Assembly: GCF_009914755.1 (NCBI RefSeq)
Contig: NC_060927.1
Strand: one strand, 5' to 3'
DNA: 64,000 nucleotides
Origin: the human T2T-CHM13v2.0 reference genome, Homo sapiens
The position numbers and the translations under genes are program-made. The notes under the pieces were generated by a model that was not told where the DNA came from, made no database searches, and was given only the letters and a program-made list of their open reading frames with translations. Each line of letters opens with the position of its first letter. Position 1 is the first letter of the stretch. Below are positions 54,133-64,000 of this stretch, piece after piece.

Positions 54133-55411
54133 CAGCCCTTGTTGTTTGTTCTGTCAAGAAGTTTGGTAGTAGAGTAAGACAGAGGGGGTGTTTCGAGGAG
54201 AAACAGAGTTGAGAAAAAGTGCCTTACTTATTTTGTTTTTATTTATTGGTAGAATGTGTGGGTTTGTTTATATGGTCAGGTCTATCTGTAGGATTGATCT
54301 TGCATATTTTTATGAAAATTTTTGAAATAAAAACAAAAATAGTTGAGAATGAGAGTTTGATAAGGGAATGCATAATTAATAGAACACATTTCTGAAACAC
54401 AAGGAAGAAGCTGAGGTACCTGAGCATGGAATCAGAAGACCTTTTCCTCAAACTTCACAGCAGAGGCAGAAAAAACAATTCATCTGGTTTCATCTCCTCT
54501 GCATTTAGAGTTCTTGATTTAGGCTGTGAGTATTTTAAGGAAGGAAGGGACAATGAATAATGTTTGTGATTGTTTCACTGTAGACATTTCTTGAACGAAG
54601 TAAGCATAGTTCTAGACTTTTGCTGCATGATCATTCATTGACTTTCTCATTCATTTGACAAATTTTATTGAGCCTGTAGTGTGAGTTACACAGTGTACTA
54701 GAAAGAAAACACGTTGTCACTACATTTAAGGCGGTTCATAGTCTTCTATTTTAAAATAACCAGCCATTATAATAGAAAGAAAATTCTGACATGTGAATGA
54801 AGACATTATGTTATGATCTGTGGAAGTTCTTTGTACTCATAAAATGCCATGCATTTAAGACAGTATCTCTAGGGAGGAAATTGGTTTGATGGGTTTGGAG
54901 GAAGACCACTGGATTAGGTGAAAAGTTTTATCAATGACCTTAAAAGATAGTGGTTTTCATAAAATAGCATCTCACTTTTCATCTTGTTAGTTCTGTGTTA
55001 CCACCATTCCTGCTGATATTGTTGAATAAATTCTAATACATTAGCAAGCTCATAAAGCTAATTATAGTGGAACAAATATGTTTTTGAGGTAGTTCCATAA
55101 TGTGTAAGGTGAGTCTAACTCAGTAGTCGAATCCTGGAGTTTTATTACACAATTAATACATACTGGGGCCTGTCTTATTGGACCATCAATATATGGCTTG
55201 TATGTACTGGGAGACAGTAAGCCAAATGCCATCTACTTTCTATTATAGAGCATCTGAGTGAATGATCCTCTGTTGAAGCAAAAACAAAGACACAACATAA
55301 ACAAACAGAAAAACACACTCAGAAGTATCTTAATGCAATGAGAAATCTCTGTTGTGGCGAAATAATTTAATATTTTCAGATATTTCTCTAGGACTCAATA
55401 ATTTTTACTTA

Positions 55412-55472
55412 AGATAGATGGATAGATAGATAGGTAGATGGGTAGATGGATAGACAGATAGGTAGGTGGATG

Positions 55473-55521
<49 letters not shown>

Positions 55522-55527
55522 ATAGAC
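55412..55527. repeat. (GATA)n/(GGAT)n tetranucleotide repeat
   Basis: Imperfect left half, pure GATA run at about 55473-55520. Confidence 0.95.
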
Positions 55528-55823
55528 GAATTATTCCAGGAGTAACTCAATAGGAAACATAAAATGTTAAAGCTGGTAGGTTCTTAAACAGAAATCTGTC
55601 TAGTTTCTTCATTTATAGGTGAAAAACTGAGGCAAGGTATTGGTAGAAGAAATGAGCTGGATTCCCTTTATCTTGACTCTTAGATTTTTTTCAATAATAC
55701 TTAGTTCTTAGTTTTTCTTAAGTGTTTTTTAATTAAAATTTTTTTCGATATCATAGTATTCAGTCATATAACCACCTTTGTACTTATTTATGTGTTACTC
55801 ATCTCTAGGATGGTAATTTCCAT

Positions 55824-55950
55824 TCTTTTTGTTTTTAAAGATGGGGTCTTGCTATGTTGCCCAGGCTGGTCAGATCCTGGACTCAAGCAATCCTCCTGCC
55901 TCAGCCTTCTGAGCAGCTGAGATTATAGGCATGTACCACCACTCCTGGCT
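55824..55950 (-). mobile_element. FLAM (Alu monomer)
   Basis: Single reverse Alu arm; TSD aggatggtaatttc / aggatggtgattttc. Confidence 0.88.
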
Positions 55951-57496
55951 AGGATGGTGATTTTCTTCATAAATAGGAGCTTCACTTTGCTTCTTGTGTC
56001 CCCAGTACAAGTATAGTTCCTAAAACATGGTAGATTAATTTTAAATATTAATATAAATGAATGAATGAACCATCTTTTCTAAATTCTCCAGTTAAAATTC
56101 CATCCAGTCTTACTGAGTGAAGACTTATTGGAAAGAAAAGGCTCTTTCTATTCTGTTAGATTCTCAGGCCTACAAGGTCTCAGTAGATAATGGGTGACCC
56201 AGGGCTCAGTGCTTTTGTATATGGTAAGCTATCCCTAGTATTTCTGGGACATTTCTGAGGGACATACTCCCATGTGGGGTACAATGGAAGTTAACAGTAG
56301 ACATTCAGATTACTCAGAGTGGGAGAGGTGAGAGAACACGTGTGGAGTATGGAATGGACCTAAGCCTAGATTAAAATCCCACCAAAATAAGCTGCATGTT
56401 TCTTAATTATGCTACATCTAGGACTCTGACCTGAAGAAATGGGGAATGTGATTTCATGATGTGCCATCTGCTCCCTTTCCCACCCCCATTTCTACAAATG
56501 TCTTGAATTGAACTGCAGGTCGTCCTTTTAGGAAGAGACAGATAATGACATTTTACTCTACTGAGGAGAAAATCGAGATATGGAAAGATTAAATCATTTG
56601 CTCAAGGGTAAAATGAATTATGCATGCATGCTTACAGTATTCACTCCAGTGTGTCTGCTTCTCTGCCTTCCCTGTGTGTCACTGAATTCACACCAAAGTA
56701 TTACTCAGCCCTCTATGTGTTACTAAATTAAATGGAAGTATTTCCTTTAATTGCCATGTGAATAGTGGACAAGCATTGTGTTTATATCTAAATAAATCAA
56801 GGAATCATGGTAGTAAATATCTCCTTGATGTATCAATAGTTAAAACATTTTTAAAGCCTTGTTTTAGTGAATACCTTTTTTTTAATTGTGTTATGAATGC
56901 ACAAGAAAATAAAATGTTAAACTGCCCATGATGCTTAATAATAGTCCAAGGTGGTTGTCTTGAAAAGTATATAAAAGATGCCTCTCCTAAATGTATTCCT
57001 TTATCTGATTAAATGATTAAAGAGCCACTGTTTGAAATGATGAACTTTCCAGACAGTTAAATATATTCTTGCCTTAAAAAAATACTGCAATGAGAAGCTT
57101 GTTTAAAAGATATTTTGGGATTGTATTCTAAGATGACAACTGATGAATAGCTTTGTTTTGCTATTTTTTTGGTCAGAAAGATTGTTTATACATTACTTGG
57201 ATCTCTCAATGCATTTTTCTCACATCTTAAAGATGATATGGTTTTTTATATTATTTACCAAATGCAAATTAGACACAAAGGGAAACCAGACATTTTGATC
57301 AAGTGCTCAATTCTTCAGATAAATGTTTCCAACAATGATGGCTACCAGCTATATTAAAAATGTAGCTTTAAAGACTGGCTTATTACAATGAGAAGTTTTT
57401 AAAAAGCTGTATTCTATTATTTTACACACTTAAAAATTTGTTTTCATTATCAGAAGATAAAAATATATTATATTTTAAAATGTATTGTATTATTAT

Positions 57497-57775
<279 letters not shown>

Positions 57776-57934
57776 TAGAATGTACTATATTTTGAAATTC
57801 ATCTACTTTCACCTTTTCCTCACAGTCCAATGAATGGAGATCAGTAAGAAACAAATATATTCGTTTTCCCTCTTCTGAGCATTTACTCTTGCCACCTATT
57901 TTGTTAATGGTAGGGTATGATTTCTGCAGCTGTA

Positions 57935-58135
57935 TTACCTGGGTTCAGATTATAGAGTCTCCAATTACTAGCTGTGAGACTTGGAGCATGTTACTTAACC
58001 CCTGCTTCCTTTTCCTGAAAAATAGTGATAATTACAGTATCTAATGTAGTATGACAATTTAGTTAGCTCACAAGGGTAAAGACCCTAGAGGAATAGTTGG
58101 CACACAGTAAGCATGAACTCAATAGTAGCCATTAA
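57935..58135 (+). mobile_element. MIR SINE
   Basis: cctgggttcaga...ttactagctgtgagacttgg...ttacttaacc...tggcacacagtaagc...ctcaata. Confidence 0.75.
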
Positions 58136-60525
58136 CAACCCAAATCCTCATTTCACACTTATGTGGTAGGTGTTATAATCTCTGACAGACAGTGAACCTT
58201 ACAGAAGTCAAATCACTTTCCCAAAAGTTGCACCTTAAAGAGAGCAGAGATATGATTCAGTCCCACTTCAGATAAACAGACTCCCCTTTCCACTCATTTC
58301 AAACTGGTCTTCAAATAAATGTTAACGTTTAGACATCTTCAAGTTATTTATTTCATAAGGAGTAATAATATACAGCAATATTATTTTTTCTTTCTACTGC
58401 ATATGTCATCTTTCTGAATGCTAAATTGTCTTACTTCCCCATTGCTTTTTGCATTAAATAATAACAACAATGTAATGCCATTTTCCCCTGAACTTCTAAG
58501 AGAGGGAACATTTGAAGTAAGTAATAGTCCTTTTGGAATGTTGGCCTGCATTTACTGAAGTATGAACAATTACCTTCCAATTTGGAATGCTTGTTGATTT
58601 TCCTAGCTAATTTTTCTTCTATTTTTGATGAATATTTTATTCAATCTTTATGTGAATTGATTTACCTCCTATTGAGTTTAATGAGATGTGAACTATTTTA
58701 TTTTCTGACTATTACAAAATTAAATAGGATATACCAACATTAAAAATAAACTATAATTACCTGCGATAGATTTCTTTTTAAACAAAACTCATAAGGTGTT
58801 GCAAAGCAATTTTCTAGACATAAGGTATGTAGAGGGTGAAGGGTTGCATATGAGCTGAGAAACCAACTGGAGACTCCATAACCTTCTAAAATCCATCAGA
58901 TATGTAGGATATAGCCAATGGTTTTATGTACAGCTCATTGTCAATTTTCCTTGGACTATAGATAATTTTTTGATCTATTGTATAAGCTTTGCGATAACTA
59001 CCATATAATGAAAAAAGAAAAAAATTCTTTTGCGTAGGGGGTAGTGTTATATCTTTTCTTTTAAATTAATGACGGTATTTTTTTTCTTTGAATTACTCTC
59101 TGTATTACTCCATATAGTAGTAGTAGTAGATAGGTTTGCACCTAATTTTAATTCATATTGGTTAGTCACCTTTCTGTCTCTACTGAACTTTATACACATC
59201 CTGGGATAAAATGTTTGACAAATTTAATCCCATATTGACTCTTTGAGAAACCAGGCTTCCATGTGTGTCTGTCAGTCATGTAAAAATCATGGGACAAGTT
59301 AGGCAAAACAAGAGACTGCAGAGTAACAGTGTGTCCTTCATCTGAATATAAACATTAGCAGAGGTCACATGTTACTAGAAACTTGTTTGAAAATGTATTA
59401 TATTTTACTAATACAAAATCAGCGGTATGCAAAATGTTAGGCATCATTTAGGTATGAGTATCATCCTATCTTAAAGTACTGCTTATGCCAATGCTAACTA
59501 CTTGTCCCTGGTCAAGGACTATTGTGTAGTGGTGGGAACATAGTGTATTATGATGAACAGGGAACTCTGTTGTGGCTTTAGCCTCTCGTATAAATTTACA
59601 TAACTCATTTAAACTATCTGAGGCTCTTCATAAATAAAATTATGACAGAGCAGATGACTTCATGTTCCTCCTGCGATGCAATTCTCTGATACTGTGACTA
59701 TGAAAAATCTAACCATTTAATAGATAAATGTGTTCTTTCATAAGTGTGATTCATAGTTCATTGATACCACTGTGAGCTCAAATGTAATACAGTAATATAC
59801 TATAATAAAATATATTTATCTGAGGTAATGTTTTCTCTGTATTGTATTTTCTTTAATTATATTTATTACATATATACACATGATTTCATATGAAAGTAAT
59901 ATTTGCTGTAGAAAATTCAAATAATACAGAAAAATATAGAGAGAAGAGTGTGAAATATCCTCAAGAAGTCTCACCATTCATAGGCAGCCATCAGAAATAG
60001 TTTGGTGGACATCCTTCCAAGCATCAATTCTTTCATTAATACATACTAAGTGACATAAAATTTTACATAAACTTCCATTTATTCATATATATCTTACTAT
60101 ATATGTGTGTATGTATGTGTGTGATTATGGGTATATACGGATGTTGGATTTAACAAAACAGGACATCTCTTTATGGTAATGACTATATGTATTGATGCTG
60201 ACATTCAATAACATACAATAACTACCCATAGTGATTCTGAAAGGTCCCTGGGGCACAAGTTCTCTCTCTTCTTAAAAATCACTGTGTTGTGATTTCTGGG
60301 TTATGCTTATATCTTCCTAACCATACAATTAGAAACATGTTTACATTTAGCTTCTTCTAGTACTTGCCTTGTGGGTTTCTTTTGGGGAGGGTAGTATTTT
60401 ATTTTTACTCTATCTGCAATTTAGTGTAAAGAATGAGAGACATTCATTCCAAGTGATTAGTGAATTACCTCTATCCTTTTCGTTGAAACAAAAATTTTTC
60501 TTGCTGATTTTAAATGTTTTTGTGA

Positions 60526-60914
<389 letters not shown>

Positions 60915-61844
60915 TTACTTATCTTTCAAACTTTTATGTTTTTTATACCATCGTGTTTTATTTAGTTTCATAATATGGTTTTATATCCGATTGATCAAGA
61001 CCACTGTCCACATGCCCATTACTTTTTTTGTCCATTTTCCTCGAAGTTTGCACAAGCTGATTTTTCTGACAAATTTTAGAACATTTCATCAAATCTAACC
61101 TCCCAAGAATCATGACAGGATTCTTCTGTAATGAAAGTATAAATTAAATTAATGAAGATAAACAATTATTTCAATAATAAATCATTCATCTACATGAATA
61201 AAGTTTCTTTTATTGTTTAAGTCTTTGATGTGTATTTCAATAGACATACATAACTAGGTCATATTGATTTATGATTATGTTTATTCCTTGATTTTGATAC
61301 TTTTTTGAGGAACATTTGACACAATTTTTAACTCATATTTTACAAATGCTTACTTTTCTGAAGACATTCATAGCCAAACAGTTTAAAGAGTGATCTTATA
61401 CTTTCAAAATCTTGAATTTTCCAGGTAAACAACTAAGACAGTTGAAACTATTAATAATGTTATCCCCTTCTTTCTATATTTATGTTAACTTATGAGGACC
61501 AGACCCCGGTTTCTTTTGATAATATTATCCCCTTGACCTTCTTGGGTCAGATACCTAGAAGATGCTTGATAAATATCTGGGGATATATTAAAATTTTGAT
61601 CTAGTAATACTGGCTTAGGATTTAAACCAAAGAGGGAGCACCCTTCTATTGCATCTGCTTTCATAGGTTTGAAGAATTTTTCTGTTTGAGTCGAAGTCAT
61701 AACATATTCATGTTAAATGTTAAGAAACTATAAATTCATTTCTTATATTCTAAGAGTCTTATTATAAAACATTTAAAATGTTGTCAAATACAGTCTTGAT
61801 GTCACTTGTTTTTTTTTTCTTTTTCATTAGTAGTATGGAAAATC

Positions 61845-62353
<509 letters not shown>

Positions 62354-64000
62354 AGTCCACATCTTGTGTTGAATTATAAAAATTTATAATATTGAACTAA
62401 TCTTGTATTTCAGAGGCAAATCCTATTTGGTCATGGCATACTATTCATTAAATATCTTGTTGACCCCTAATTGTTAGTAATACGTTTATATTTGTTGTAT
62501 CACAATTAATGTTAAATTATTTTATAACATATTGTTCACCAATTATAAAGCTTTAAAACCACTGACATGTTGGTTTTGTAAAAGCAAATTGGAAATTTCC
62601 TTTTCTTTCTATACATTTTCTATATTCTAGTGGAGCTTTAATATTCTTGCTTACATTTGTAAAAATCTTCTATATTCTTAAAATGATCAATAACAATCTA
62701 GCTAGATCTGCTAAGGGATGTTCATAAATACAGTATCATTTTGCTTTGAAAGAAGTCATGCTTTTAGCTCATCAGGCTGATACTGATAGAGCGTAGATAA
62801 AGATGTTTCCAGGTACTCTCAAGTGGGTTTATTTGTAGCCTTCAAATCCACCTATGTTATTGCTATTTGAATATGATTGCTAATCACAGATTTACAAGAA
62901 ATGGACCCAATTCTCTACACATTTATACCCGTCTCCTTCACTTTGCACACTACTCTGTCTTTAAGACATCAACATAATCACTTGTGACCTGCTTCATTAG
63001 TCACCTCTTTAGACTTCTCAGGTTTTAGGTGTATCTTGTCAGCATAGTGGTGCCAGCACAGACAGGATAATGACAAATGCTACTTTTATAAGGTTGGCAG
63101 GTAGCAAACTACTTGTAGCATATGGAAAACATACTTTTATTTTTCATGCACTTGTGATGTTCCCATTGCTGATGCTTATGGGGCATAATTAAAGAGAAGA
63201 ATTAGTATGAACTTATCATAAACTAGCTTCAGTGCATCTGAAAGTCAGAGAACTGATTTTTATTCAATGCTCCATTTTATAATAATAGATTTGTCTTTCT
63301 CCGAAATTGAGTCATCTTTTCAGATGAAGAACTTATGAATTTAAAGCATTAAACTCAATATAAAAATAAGTGTAACAAATACATTACAAAGTACCCAAAG
63401 TGTCTGGTAACACTAAGGAAATTGTATATTTATAATGTAGTATTATGGGTGGCTGAAATTCATAAATGGATTGAATTAAACTGGTATACTATTTCTTATG
63501 TGTGCTTACTAAGTGCATTTTTCTTACTGTATTTGACTTTGTAATATGTCTTTTGAAAAACTAACACAATCTTAGAAGTTTGCTTTATTTAAAAATATTG
63601 ACTATGCATAAGCTTCACATTTTCTGCAGATTTTGCTCATGATTTTAGGAATATCATGATTTAAATACCAAGATAAGTCAATGATGAGAGGTTCTCATGG
63701 TCAGCAGTAATAAAAACAGTATCTTTTTTGAGTTAAAATTAAAATTAATATGATTCGTTTTATAAATTATTTATTAAATTTATATACATTTGATAGTGAT
63801 CAGTCTTGTTTTATGCAATTGATATATTCCCCCAAATATTTTTGTTCATTATATGTAAAAATACTATACCTTTAACATATAACACTCTGATCAAACATTA
63901 AGAAATCTTAAAAATCGTAACTAAACTCTTAAAATTCAAACATCAATCCCTCATTTTATCAGTTTTATGCTTATAGAATTTCATGTTAAGTTTTTTTAAG

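Overview
AT-rich primate (most likely human) genomic DNA lying entirely inside the neuroligin-1 gene (NLGN1) on the + strand. Only two coding exons are supported: the 60-nt alternative splice-site-A2 cassette exon (10150-10209, GPLTKKQTDDLGDNDGAEDE) and the next 153-nt exon (17540-17692, [20 protein letters not shown]...VNYRLGVLG) of the cholinesterase-like ectodomain. The rest is intron: 14 Alu/FLAM copies, a complete antisense THE1 (MaLR) element with both LTRs and a 5-bp target-site duplication (TSD), solo MLT LTRs, Tigger/Charlie DNA-transposon remnants, L1/L2/MIR fragments and microsatellites. Most other entries in the ORF track are repeat-derived or low-complexity. I found no convincing new biological system. 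The best leads are: several short candidate cryptic exons that would each put a stop codon into NLGN1 (including a 6-nt one with neural-microexon architecture), a possible recursive splice site, a CpG-rich orphan insertion near 23.9 kb, a fold-back/templated-copy scar near 25.8 kb and an old 150-bp duplication that kept a STAT motif. Repeat subfamily names and the edges of old repeats were read by eye and are approximate.
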